Source: Flavobacteriaceae bacterium (GTDB taxonomy: Bacteria; Bacteroidota; Bacteroidia; Flavobacteriales; Flavobacteriaceae). From it: a DNA stretch of 32,000 bases. The notes beneath the pieces are model-generated. The model did no database searches and was not told the origin of the DNA. It worked only from the letters and a program-made list of their open reading frames with translations. Position 1 is the stretch's first letter. Every line of letters starts with the position of its first letter. Positions 20,047-28,717 of the stretch are shown piece after piece. The translations under genes and the position numbers were made by a program. The DNA lies in contig OZ245049.1 of the NCBI GenBank assembly GCA_965224465.1, forward strand, positions 1,860,001 to 1,892,000, given 5' to 3'.

Positions 20047-22914
20047 GTGACTGGATTAAGATTTCATATCATTCTTTTGATTACTTCATTTATTTGGAGT
20101 TTCTCACATGCGCAAGAATTCACCAATTACACAACAAAAAATGGGCTTCCATCCAATCATATCTACACGATCACACAAGATAGTGAAGGTTTTGTTTGGT
20201 TTCTTACCGATAAGGGGATGGTTAAATACAATGGTTCTGAATTTAAATTATTTAGCACAGCTAATGGCCTTCCTAACAATCATATATGGGAAGCAAAAAC
20301 AACTTCGGATCATAAAGTATGGTATTTAACCAAATCCAACCGGCTTGGATATATCTTAAAAGACAGCGTTTATTGTTTTTTTAATATAGAGAAAAAAATA
20401 ATGAACCCTATTTTCACCAATCAAGTAGGAGATAGTGTTTTTCCTGCTGGCCCAGAAAAAGAATACACATTATTGAATAAAAAATGGATTATTTCAAAAA
20501 AACAAACCTCCAATAACCCTCATTTTAATTATTTTATTCACCATCCAAATATCAGTCATGTTAGTTTTGATAACACCACAAGTAATGGAGGACAGCCTAT
20601 AACTTTCAACGTAAAAATATACAACCATCAAAATCAAATACTTAAAACATTTAAAATTTCAAAATCCATTCGAAGCAACTCAAAAAGAGGTCAATTAAAC
20701 GACAGCTTGTATGCTTGGGCATCTGATAGAGACTATATTATCCTTAACTTAAATACGTTAAAAACACATTCCTATAACTACAAAAAAAACCTAGGAATAG
20801 ACCGTGTAAAACATGCACGAATAAACAGCATAAATGATGAATTTCAACTTTCGGGAACAGGTTTGGTTACAAAATTAGACAAAAACTTTAAACCTAAAAG
20901 CCCTTACTTCTTTCCGGAAAACATACATGCCCATTTTGGACTTATTGATAAAAATAATACCATATGGTTGGCAACATTCTCTCAGGGAGTCTACAAAATG
21001 CCCCACAATAACAGTCTTATAAAATACCAATTAAGCACGGAAAAAACAGCATCAATCAATCGTGTAAACAACAAAATTATATGTAATATTCAAGGAAAGG
21101 GATTTTATAAATTTGATAAGAAAGAAAAACACTTCAAACCCTATATAAAAGACAACTCTTATTTATATAGTGCTACATATATTCCTGAATTAAATAGGGA
21201 ATATTACATCTCTGAAAACACAATTAAGAGCATCAATCCCAATCAAAAAAAAACCTCTTACCTCTTAAATAACACTAAAATATCACAACAAATACACTAT
21301 CATAAAGGGGAATTATTTAGTAACTATTCTTTTGGAATTCATAAAATAACGAACGATTCCCTTCTTATTAAAAAAAACTACAAACTAGCAGGCACCTACG
21401 CTTTAATCAGCATACAAGACCAACTTTTCATAGCCTCATCAACGGGCTTAAAATCACTTGTAAATGATGAAATAGTAGCTGTTGACTCCGCAAAAGAACT
21501 AGAGAACAAAACATTGGTTTCTTTTACCAAATTAAGTGATCAAAGTTTCCTTATTCATACAGATGGTTTTGGCTCCTATTATTTTGATCTACAACAGGTT
21601 TCACAACTTAAAAACTCAGTAGGTTTATCTGTCAAAAACGCAACAATGTCTAACGATTCTATTTGGATAGCCACCAATCAAGGCATCCAATTGTACTTAC
21701 AAAAAGAGAATCACTTTGAATTTATAAATAGCATCACTCAAAGTGATGGCTTGCCTTCAAACAACATTAACGCCGTTGTATCCTATAAAAACCTTTTGCT
21801 AGTGAGTAGTGAAAACGGTATTGCAATCGTTCCAAAAAACATTCAACGTACAACTGGGCTTGAAGCTCTTTATTTTAAAAGTATTCAATACAACCGTCAG
21901 CCTATCACCCCTAAATCAAATAGCTTTCTTTACCAGAGCAACAACAATCTTACTTTTGAAACAGCATCCATTAATTTTTTAAGAACCAGCACACATTTCG
22001 AATATAGCTATCGCCTAGAACCAATTCAAACATCATGGACAACAAGCAAATCAAATGTTATTAACTTCCACGATTTAAAACCCGAAAAATACACTCTTCA
22101 TATCAAAACTGGTACATTTCACAGCCGTCAAAAATTTAGTATCACCCCTCTTTGGTATCAGCAAACATTAATTAAAATAGGAATTGCAGGAATTATTATT
22201 GGACTCATAGTGGGACTTCTTTATTTTATTAGAGAAATAGAATTGTCAAAAAAAACAAAAAAAATTCAAAACCAAAAGAAAATGGCAGAGTTTGAACTCC
22301 ATGCCTTAAGATCACAAATGAATCCACATTTTGTTTTTAATTCTTTAAATGCCATTCAGTATTATATTACAAAAAACGACATCGATCAATCAGAAAAATA
22401 CTTAGTAAAATTTGCGCAACTTATTCGTATGTTCTTTGATTTCTCCAGCCAAAAAAACATTTCTATAAGCCAAGAAATGTCACTTTTAAGAAAATATCTA
22501 GAAATAGAAAAAATGCGTTTTGGAGATCATTTTCATTATAAGATAATCATAGACCCAACTATTGACATGGAAACAAAAATCCCCACTATGTTGTTACAAC
22601 CAATTGTTGAAAACTCGGTAAACCATGGTGTTTTCCACAACAACAGAAAAGGGACTGTTACAATAAAAGTTACGTACACTTCTAGAAATAACATTGTCAT
22701 CAGCATTAGCGACGATGGTGTCGGAATTAAAAAATCAAAAGAGATTCAAGAGAAATCATTGAAACAGCATGTTTCAAAATCAACACTTATTTTAGAAGAC
22801 AGAATTCTATTAATCAACAATTCAAAAGAGTGGCATATCAATTACGCTATAACAGACCTGTCAGACGGTATTAAAACGGGTACTGAAGTAACGCTCACTT
22901 TTATAAAAGAGTAA
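20047..22914 (+). CDS. Sensor histidine kinase: periplasmic two-component-regulator propeller repeats + Y_Y_Y domain + TM + LytS/YehU-type kinase core
   Basis: Repeated GLPSNHIYTITQDSEGFVWF-type propeller motifs. Y_Y_Y-like FEYSYRLEPIQTSWTT…LKPEKYTLHIK, TM IGIAGIIIGLIVGLLYFI, His_kinase motif LRSQMNPHFVFNSLNAI, and an HATPase region (ISDDGVGI). GTG start. Confidence 0.85.
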   Translation: MTGLRFHIILLITSFIWSFSHAQEFTNYTTKNGLPSNHIYTITQDSEGFVWFLTDKGMVKYNGSEFKLFSTANGLPNNHIWEAKTTSDHKVWYLTKSNRLGYILKDSVYCFFNIEKKIMNPIFTNQVGDSVFPAGPEKEYTLLNKKWIISKKQTSNNPHFNYFIHHPNISHVSFDNTTSNGGQPITFNVKIYNHQNQILKTFKISKSIRSNSKRGQLNDSLYAWASDRDYIILNLNTLKTHSYNYKKNLGIDRVKHARINSINDEFQLSGTGLVTKLDKNFKPKSPYFFPENIHAHFGLIDKNNTIWLATFSQGVYKMPHNNSLIKYQLSTEKTASINRVNNKIICNIQGKGFYKFDKKEKHFKPYIKDNSYLYSATYIPELNREYYISENTIKSINPNQKKTSYLLNNTKISQQIHYHKGELFSNYSFGIHKITNDSLLIKKNYKLAGTYALISIQDQLFIASSTGLKSLVNDEIVAVDSAKELENKTLVSFTKLSDQSFLIHTDGFGSYYFDLQQVSQLKNSVGLSVKNATMSNDSIWIATNQGIQLYLQKENHFEFINSITQSDGLPSNNINAVVSYKNLLLVSSENGIAIVPKNIQRTTGLEALYFKSIQYNRQPITPKSNSFLYQSNNNLTFETASINFLRTSTHFEYSYRLEPIQTSWTTSKSNVINFHDLKPEKYTLHIKTGTFHSRQKFSITPLWYQQTLIKIGIAGIIIGLIVGLLYFIREIELSKKTKKIQNQKKMAEFELHALRSQMNPHFVFNSLNAIQYYITKNDIDQSEKYLVKFAQLIRMFFDFSSQKNISISQEMSLLRKYLEIEKMRFGDHFHYKIIIDPTIDMETKIPTMLLQPIVENSVNHGVFHNNRKGTVTIKVTYTSRNNIVISISDDGVGIKKSKEIQEKSLKQHVSKSTLILEDRILLINNSKEWHINYAITDLSDGIKTGTEVTLTFIKE

Positions 22915-22958
22915 TCCTAGATCCCTCCTACTTTTAAAAAAACAACAAAGAAAAAAAC

Positions 22959-23696
22959 ATGAGACTAAAAGCTATATTAGTAGACGACGAAGAGAAAGCA
23001 CTGGAGGGATTAACCCTGAAAATTCAACGTTTTTTTCCGGAAATAGAAATCACACATCACATTCAAAACCCCAAAGAAGCCATAAAAATCATAAACACAT
23101 CACAACCAGATATTTTGTTTTTGGATGTAGAAATGCCCGTTCTTACAGGGTTTGATGTATTGGCAGCAATAGACAACCCAGATTTTGAAATCATATTTGT
23201 AACAGCATACAGCCAATATGCGATTCAAGCCATCCAACACTGTGCTATAGGATATGTAGTAAAGCCCATTGACAACGACGAATTAATTAAAGCAATTTCA
23301 AGTGGATTGTCTCAAATAGAATTTAAAAATGCACTCAACAAAAACAAAGCACTCCTAAATAATTTACGAAACCTCACCAATAAAACCATTGTAATTCCTG
23401 ACCAAAAAGGATTTTCCTTTATAAAGTCAGAAGAGATTATACGATTGGAAGGCGTAGACGGGTACACGCTAATTGTGCTGCAAAATGAGAAACCAATATT
23501 GAGTTCCTATAATATCGGGAAATTTAGAGACATGCTTCCTGAACTCCTATTTTACAGCATCCATAAATCTCACATTATCAACACAAATCATTTAAAAAAA
23601 TATTTAAACGAAGGATATGTTGAATTGACAAATTCTGATTCTGTGCCTGTCGCAAAAAGCAAACGTGTAGACTTCCTAAAACACTTAAAACTATAG
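22959..23696 (+). CDS. LytTR-family response regulator
   Basis: Receiver domain (ILVDDE … DILFLDVEMP) and a C-terminal LytTR DNA-binding domain (IIRLEGVDGYTLIV … IHKSHIIN). Confidence 0.9.
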   Translation: MRLKAILVDDEEKALEGLTLKIQRFFPEIEITHHIQNPKEAIKIINTSQPDILFLDVEMPVLTGFDVLAAIDNPDFEIIFVTAYSQYAIQAIQHCAIGYVVKPIDNDELIKAISSGLSQIEFKNALNKNKALLNNLRNLTNKTIVIPDQKGFSFIKSEEIIRLEGVDGYTLIVLQNEKPILSSYNIGKFRDMLPELLFYSIHKSHIINTNHLKKYLNEGYVELTNSDSVPVAKSKRVDFLKHLKL

Positions 23697-23968
23697 AGCT
23701 AACCAACAAACAGCCAGTTTATTAATTAATTTTAATTCTTCCAACGCTACACTTTATCAATTCAACTATTGGATTGATACACTTGCCCTTTTTTATTTTT
23801 CATAGTACACGTACTTTTATTTTGAAGCAACATTAACGATGCTCTTTGATACTGATTTCTAAATACATACGATCCAGTAAAAATTTAAATCCGTATACAT
23901 AGAGACATTGGAGTGTCTACATTTGTTGTGACGGTTTTATTAAGCCTATAAATTTATATATTTGAATT

Positions 23969-24253
23969 ATGGGAAGAAAAAAGCATGATAATGAGTTCAA
24001 GGTAATGATAGTAGAACTATTAAAGTCCGGAATGAAATCAAAACAGATTAGTACAGATTACGAGTTGGATGTAAGTATGATATCTCGCTGGAAGCGAGAA
24101 TACGAGATTAAATCGGGTGACTTTTCTAAAAAGAAAGAGTTAACCAATGATGAAGTGGAGCTAAAGGCGTTAAAAAAGGAACTTCGTAACGTAACTATGG
24201 AGCGTGATATATTAAAAAAGGCGGTAGGCATCTTTTCCAAGAGCGACAGATAA
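23969..24253 (+). CDS. IS3-family transposase OrfA (HTH)
   Basis: 94 aa with an HTH and a leucine-zipper-like C-terminus. Ends shortly after the A6G slippery site. Confidence 0.9.
   Translation: MGRKKHDNEFKVMIVELLKSGMKSKQISTDYELDVSMISRWKREYEIKSGDFSKKKELTNDEVELKALKKELRNVTMERDILKKAVGIFSKSDR
24214..24220 (+). promoter_or_regulatory. Programmed -1 ribosomal frameshift site (AAAAAAG) joining OrfA to OrfB
   Basis: AAAAAAG heptamer. Reading on in the -1 frame gives KKGGRHLFQERQIRYKFIFNNGVSFPVEKMCKSMRVSKNAYYHW, the conserved IS3 OrfB N-terminus. The orfB frame is -1 relative to orfA. Confidence 0.8.
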
Positions 24254-24300
24254 GGTATAAATTCATTTTTAATAATGGAGTATCCTTCCCTGTTGAAAAG

Positions 24301-25134
24301 ATGTGTAAATCCATGCGCGTTAGTAAAAACGCATATTATCACTGGGTAAACAATAACGGTTCCAGCGTACAGAATACTGCTAAAGTAGACTTGATGGATA
24401 GGATTACCTATCATTTTATCGAAAGTAAAGAGATCTATGGGAGTCATAGAATTCAAAAAGCATTGGAGCGAGAAGGAGTGTATTATTGCCGTTCTTACGT
24501 GGCGCTGTTGATGAAAGAGATGGGTCTGCGAAGTGTTCTGAAGAAGGCTTTTGTGGTAACTACAGACTCTAAACACGATTATCCTATTGCTAAAAATATA
24601 TTAAACAGAGAGTTTACCAGTTTGAAAATAGGAGATAAATGGGTGTCAGACATCACCTATATACGCGTAAATGATGATTGGAATTACTTAACCACGATAA
24701 TTGATTTAGCTGACAGAAAAGTGGCAGGATGGTCTTTAAGTGAGGACATGACCACCCAAAACACTATTGTAAAAGCGTGGATTGCGGCTAGAAGAACAAG
24801 AGCTATTAATCCAGGGTTTATCTTTCATTCAGACAGAGGAGTGCAATACGCATCTAATAAAATGACTGCTATTTTATATTTTAATCAGAAAATAACACAG
24901 AGCATGAGTAGAAAAGGTAATTGTTGGGATAATGCTGTTGCTGAGAGCTTTTTTAAATCCATAAAGTATGAGTGGCTCTATCGTTTCAAGTACATGTCAT
25001 ATCTGCAATTACACGAGTCGATAAATGAATATATCTCTTGGTACAATATCAAAAGATTACATTCAAGTTTAGGGTATTTATCACCGCTTGAAATGGAAAT
25101 AAAACTAAAAAAGGAAATTAAGAAAGTGGCTTAG
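24301..25134 (+). CDS. IS3-family transposase OrfB (DDE/rve integrase core), probably expressed as an OrfAB fusion from about 24220
   Basis: WVSDITYI…, HSDRGVQYAS, CWDNAVAESFF and YNIKRLHSSLGYLSP are motifs typical of the rve catalytic core. Confidence 0.9.
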   Translation: MCKSMRVSKNAYYHWVNNNGSSVQNTAKVDLMDRITYHFIESKEIYGSHRIQKALEREGVYYCRSYVALLMKEMGLRSVLKKAFVVTTDSKHDYPIAKNILNREFTSLKIGDKWVSDITYIRVNDDWNYLTTIIDLADRKVAGWSLSEDMTTQNTIVKAWIAARRTRAINPGFIFHSDRGVQYASNKMTAILYFNQKITQSMSRKGNCWDNAVAESFFKSIKYEWLYRFKYMSYLQLHESINEYISWYNIKRLHSSLGYLSPLEMEIKLKKEIKKVA

Positions 25135-25142
25135 TAAAATAG

Positions 25143-25622
25143 TCACATATTTATTAGGAACTCCAATAGATGTATTCCATTTCTATTGGATGTTTGAATA
25201 TAAACTGTACTTAATATGAATATCGAGTTGATGTCTTTATGGAAAAGATGAATTACGTCCTGGTAATTATTACCTATTTTCTCCGTAAAAATTAGTTGAA
25301 AAGTAGTATCATAATTGCATTTAAGATGAACTGAATACAATTCATTAAAGTTTTCTAAATTTATTTTTTTTTTGAAAATATGTTCTTTTATTTTAACATT
25401 TAAGTATACATTTTTATCACTGTCTTTTAATAAAGATATTCTTGTGTTTGTATGATCTAGATTGCAAGTTTCTGTAACTTCTTTTTTATTAATCTTTACT
25501 GATTTTTCTTTGAGAACAAGAACTTTATTCGTGATTTTTTCTTTACTTTTTTTACAAGAATAAAAAGCAATCGAAAACAGAATACATACTAATAATATCT
25601 TCAAGCTAAGCGTATTGTTCAT
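25143..25622 (-). CDS. Lipoprotein, candidate immunity protein for the upstream effector fragment; 3' end altered by the IS3 insertion
   Basis: Signal plus lipobox (SIAFYSC). Its ATG directly follows the effector stop (TAAATG). Its last codon and its TGA stop lie in the IS3 right terminal repeat. Confidence 0.55.
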   Translation of the reverse strand: MNNTLSLKILLVCILFSIAFYSCKKSKEKITNKVLVLKEKSVKINKKEVTETCNLDHTNTRISLLKDSDKNVYLNVKIKEHIFKKKINLENFNELYSVHLKCNYDTTFQLIFTEKIGNNYQDVIHLFHKDINSIFILSTVYIQTSNRNGIHLLEFLINM

Positions 25623-26876
25623 TTAAAATTTGTTTTTCATTTTATTATACCTATCCTTCATCTTCGTTCCTCTTCTATTTATTCCATAGTCATCTAATAT
25701 CTCTTTTTCATAATCAATATGATTAGTTCCCCAGTCATTTGGGTTTTTAGAGATTTTGGATGTATGTTTTGTTTTGTCATTTTCCTTTTTATTAAACGCT
25801 TCAACTTCTTTGTTTTTTTTACTAAAAAAATTATCTAAAGATTTACCGAAATCTGCTTTTACATATCCTGGTCTATTTATATGCTGATCTAGAACCGTAG
25901 CTTTTCCTAGTTTAGATTTTAAATAATTTTCTAGCTTATAATTATACCCTTGAGGTTTTATGGGAAGAACTTTGTTCTTCAATCTATCAACGAAGTCCTT
26001 AACTTGTTTAGCTTGAAAATCATTGTCTTTTGAGGCCTTTACAATGGGTTCTAATAGCTTACATTTTAACTTCTTTTTCAATTCACTGCTTTTGAATCCC
26101 TCTCTTATTTTTTTCTTGAGTTCTTTACCTGTTATCTTACTTGAATTAGAAACAGATACATCTTTATAATACATAATACCACTTTCAACCGTCCAACCAC
26201 AATTCTCAAACAATTCTTTATACTTAGCTAGATTATTTTTTTTGAATTCTTGAACTTGAATTGCGAATTCCCCTTTCCCTTTGGAGTTAACTGTTTTTTG
26301 CATAGCTCCAACTGTTAATATTTCACTGTCATGTGATTGAACAGAATCTAATTTACCTTCATTTTCAGACATACATACTAAGATCTCTTTTTCTTCTTTG
26401 GTAACTTTCCCTTTATTTATTAAATCGTCCCAATATTTATAATCTGCTAATTTTTGATTACCCCAGTATACAGGACCATAAATTGACCCATAACTAGTAC
26501 ATTGAAACTTTTTATCAAATTCTTTTCCCCCACAATCACACCCTTTCATCAACTCAAACCAGCCACCATCAAAATCAAGCCAAAAATTCGGGGTTGACCT
26601 TAGGTCAGGTTTTCCATTTTTATTCGCATACCTTCCGTTATAAATTACTTCAATATTATTAAGACTATGAGCATCAACTAATAAAAACATATAAGCTTTT
26701 TTATCTGTTAGTTTCTCAAGTACTTTTTGTTCTTTTTCATTGTCTTTCCCACCTAAGATTACTTTAAAAATTGCCCAGTCAGTAAAATCATCTTTATTTG
26801 TTATGGTTTTATCGTGAGCATACGCCCCAACTTTTGCTTCTGCCCTAGTCCTTTCTCCTTTGTCATGTTGTAACAT
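25623..26876 (-). CDS. Probable 5'-truncated T6SS-associated effector (C-terminal fragment), possibly with a lysozyme-like fold
   Basis: No signal peptide. The frame stays open upstream of the annotated Met, into the IS21-like remnant. Contains a SENEGKLDSVQSHDSEILTVGAMQ segment reminiscent of E…(S/T)…G.MQ lysozyme/SLT-type motifs. Followed by a coupled lipoprotein gene. Confidence 0.45.
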   Translation of the reverse strand: MLQHDKGERTRAEAKVGAYAHDKTITNKDDFTDWAIFKVILGGKDNEKEQKVLEKLTDKKAYMFLLVDAHSLNNIEVIYNGRYANKNGKPDLRSTPNFWLDFDGGWFELMKGCDCGGKEFDKKFQCTSYGSIYGPVYWGNQKLADYKYWDDLINKGKVTKEEKEILVCMSENEGKLDSVQSHDSEILTVGAMQKTVNSKGKGEFAIQVQEFKKNNLAKYKELFENCGWTVESGIMYYKDVSVSNSSKITGKELKKKIREGFKSSELKKKLKCKLLEPIVKASKDNDFQAKQVKDFVDRLKNKVLPIKPQGYNYKLENYLKSKLGKATVLDQHINRPGYVKADFGKSLDNFFSKKNKEVEAFNKKENDKTKHTSKISKNPNDWGTNHIDYEKEILDDYGINRRGTKMKDRYNKMKNKF

Positions 26877-27064
26877 TAAAGCTTTATTGTCACCTTGTAA
26901 TTCGGGGTTATCTGTTTTTCCTTGTTTTCGGAAGCAACGTATTGATCAATGTATTTTTTGACCGTAGTTCTGCTAATTCTTAAATCTTTGGAAATAAATC
27001 GCTGACTTTTACCTTCACGATAATATTGAAGTATTATTTCTTGTTTTGTATACATGCTAATCAT
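26876..27064 (-). pseudogene. N-terminal HTH fragment of an IS21-family-like transposase (IstA-like)
   Basis: MYTKQEIILQYYREGKSQRFISKDLRISRTTVKKYI is a typical IS21-type N-terminal HTH. Only 62 aa remain of a protein that is normally several hundred aa. Confidence 0.55.
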
Positions 27065-27153
27065 ATTTAATCAATATAAGAAACTTATATTGATATGGTT
27101 AAGTGGTATACTTTTCGGTTAATAGGTGGTATGGTTTTCGGTTAACATATACA
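26876..27153 (-). mobile_element. IS21-like element remnant (left end plus start of transposase gene); inner breakpoint uncertain
   Basis: Two 20-bp direct repeats, GTGGTATACTTTTCGGTTAA (27103-27122) and GTGGTATGGTTTTCGGTTAA (27126-27145), lie next to a terminal …ACA (27151-27153, TGT on the element strand). This resembles the multi-repeat ends of IS21-family elements. There is also an 11-bp-arm palindrome at 27070-27094. Confidence 0.5.
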
Positions 27154-27311
27154 AGGAACAGAGAAACAATTAGTAAAACAAATACTTAACAATAAAATAT
27201 ATAAATATTTCATATTATTTTAATTTAGAATATTGTTGTATTTTTTTTCGGGACTGTAAACTCAACTCTGTCTGAATAAAAAAAAGTATTAACTTTATTC
27301 AAACAGAAAAC

Positions 27312-28544
27312 ATGACAAAAGACGAGTTAGCCAACATTGAAAAAAAGGCATTGGATCAATTATTATCAGGAAAAAGTTTATTCGGAAAAGAAGGTGCCTT
27401 TGCTCCTTTAATGAAACAATTTCTTGAGAAAGCATTGGAAGCAGAAATGGAATCACACCTTAGTGAAGAGGAACGTTCTAAAGGGAATAAACGTAATGGA
27501 AAGGGCAAAAAGACTGTTAAAACTAGTATTGGTAGTTTTGAAATAAGCACGCCAGCGGATAGAAATAGTAGTTTCGAGCCTGTTCTGATAAAAAAGCGTC
27601 AAACCATTTTAGCAGATAATTTATCAGATAAGATCATTGGATTATACGGCCTAGGAATGAGCTTACGCGATATTTCTGGTCATATAAAAGAGATGTATGA
27701 TACAGATATATCACACACTGTTTTAAGTCAAATTACAGATAAGATCATACCAGATATAAAACAATGGCAAAGTCGTCCAATAGAACAGATGTACTGCATT
27801 GTTTGGCTTGACGCTATGCATTACAAGGTAAAAGTAGACGGTAAAATACAACACAAAGCACTTTACAATGTTTTAGGAGTAAATAAAGAAGGGATCAAAG
27901 AGGTTTTAGGAATGTATATTTCAGAAAGTGAAGGCGCAAATTTTTGGCTTCAAGTATTGACAGACCTTAATAACAGAGGGCTTAAGGATATCCTAATTGC
28001 CTGTACAGACAACTTAAAAGGGTTTTCAGAAGCTATCTTGAGTGTATTTCCTAAAACACAAATTCAAAAGTGTATTGTTCATCAAATTCGTAATTCTTTA
28101 AAGTATATAGCTTCCAAAGACCAAAAAGAATTTATTCGAGATTTAAAGCTTGTTTACAAGGCTGTTAATAAGGATATTGCTGAGTTGGAGTTATTGAAAT
28201 TAGAAGAAAAATGGGGAGAAAAATACCCTGTAGTTTTAGAAAGTTGGAACCGTAATTGGGAAGAGTTATCTCAGTTTTTTCAGTATACAGAACCTATCAG
28301 AAAAATAATTTACACAACAAATGCAGTAGAAGGTTTTCATAGACAGGTAAGAAAAGTAACTAAAACAAAAGGGGCTTTTACCAGTGATATGGCACTATTA
28401 AAGCTTGTTTACTTAGCAACAAAAAATATCGAAAAAAAATGGACAAACCCTTTACATAATTGGTGCTTGACAATTCAACAATTATATATTAAATTTGAAG
28501 ATCGAATAACGTTGGATTTACATAAAAACGGAAGCAATTCGTGA
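27312..28544 (+). CDS. IS256-family (mutator-type) transposase
   Basis: 410 aa with the characteristic MYCIVWLDAMHYKVK, ACTDNLKGF and IQKCIVHQIRNSLKY motifs. Confidence 0.9.
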   Translation: MTKDELANIEKKALDQLLSGKSLFGKEGAFAPLMKQFLEKALEAEMESHLSEEERSKGNKRNGKGKKTVKTSIGSFEISTPADRNSSFEPVLIKKRQTILADNLSDKIIGLYGLGMSLRDISGHIKEMYDTDISHTVLSQITDKIIPDIKQWQSRPIEQMYCIVWLDAMHYKVKVDGKIQHKALYNVLGVNKEGIKEVLGMYISESEGANFWLQVLTDLNNRGLKDILIACTDNLKGFSEAILSVFPKTQIQKCIVHQIRNSLKYIASKDQKEFIRDLKLVYKAVNKDIAELELLKLEEKWGEKYPVVLESWNRNWEELSQFFQYTEPIRKIIYTTNAVEGFHRQVRKVTKTKGAFTSDMALLKLVYLATKNIEKKWTNPLHNWCLTIQQLYIKFEDRITLDLHKNGSNS

Positions 28545-28563
28545 CGCTAGCCGCTGGGGCTCA

Positions 28564-28624
28564 TTTTAAAATAGTTCGATTTTTAAAGCAGCCTTATGAA
28601 GAGAAAATCGAACTATTTTAAAAC
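28564..28624. repeat. 20-bp perfect inverted repeat inside the IS256 element, downstream of the transposase stop
   Basis: TTTTAAAATAGTTCGATTTT … AAAATCGAACTATTTTAAAA with a 21-nt loop. Confidence 0.7.
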
Positions 28625-28717
28625 GTAGAAAAAAACAAGCAGACAGAGTTTAAATTACACAACCTTTTTTTCCATTGCCATTTGTAGGTGTGCACGAATC
28701 TTGGTTGCTAGGAAACG

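Larger units (their letters stand above)
23927..25147 (+). mobile_element. IS3-family insertion sequence (1221 bp)
   Basis: Terminal inverted repeats TGTGACGGTTTTATTAAGCC (23927-) and the reverse complement of GGCTTAGTAAAATAGTCACA (-25147), 17/20 identical, with TG…CA termini. Contains orfA/orfB with a -1 frameshift site. No flanking direct repeat found. Confidence 0.9.
27250..28664 (+). mobile_element. IS256-family insertion sequence (1415 bp), intact
   Basis: Terminal inverted repeats GGGACTGTAAACTCAACTCTGTCTG and CAGACAGAGTTTAAATTACACAACC (reverse complement GGTTGTGTAATTTAAACTCTGTCTG). Perfect 8-bp direct repeat TTTTTTTC at 27242-27249 and 28665-28672. Confidence 0.9.

Noticed and set aside
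23697-23926. Searched the 230 bp left of the IS3 element for the missing 3' end of the lipoprotein gene, or for a matching target duplication.
   Set aside because: All three minus-strand frames hit stops within 2-21 codons and no direct repeat matches the right flank. No continuation can be demonstrated.
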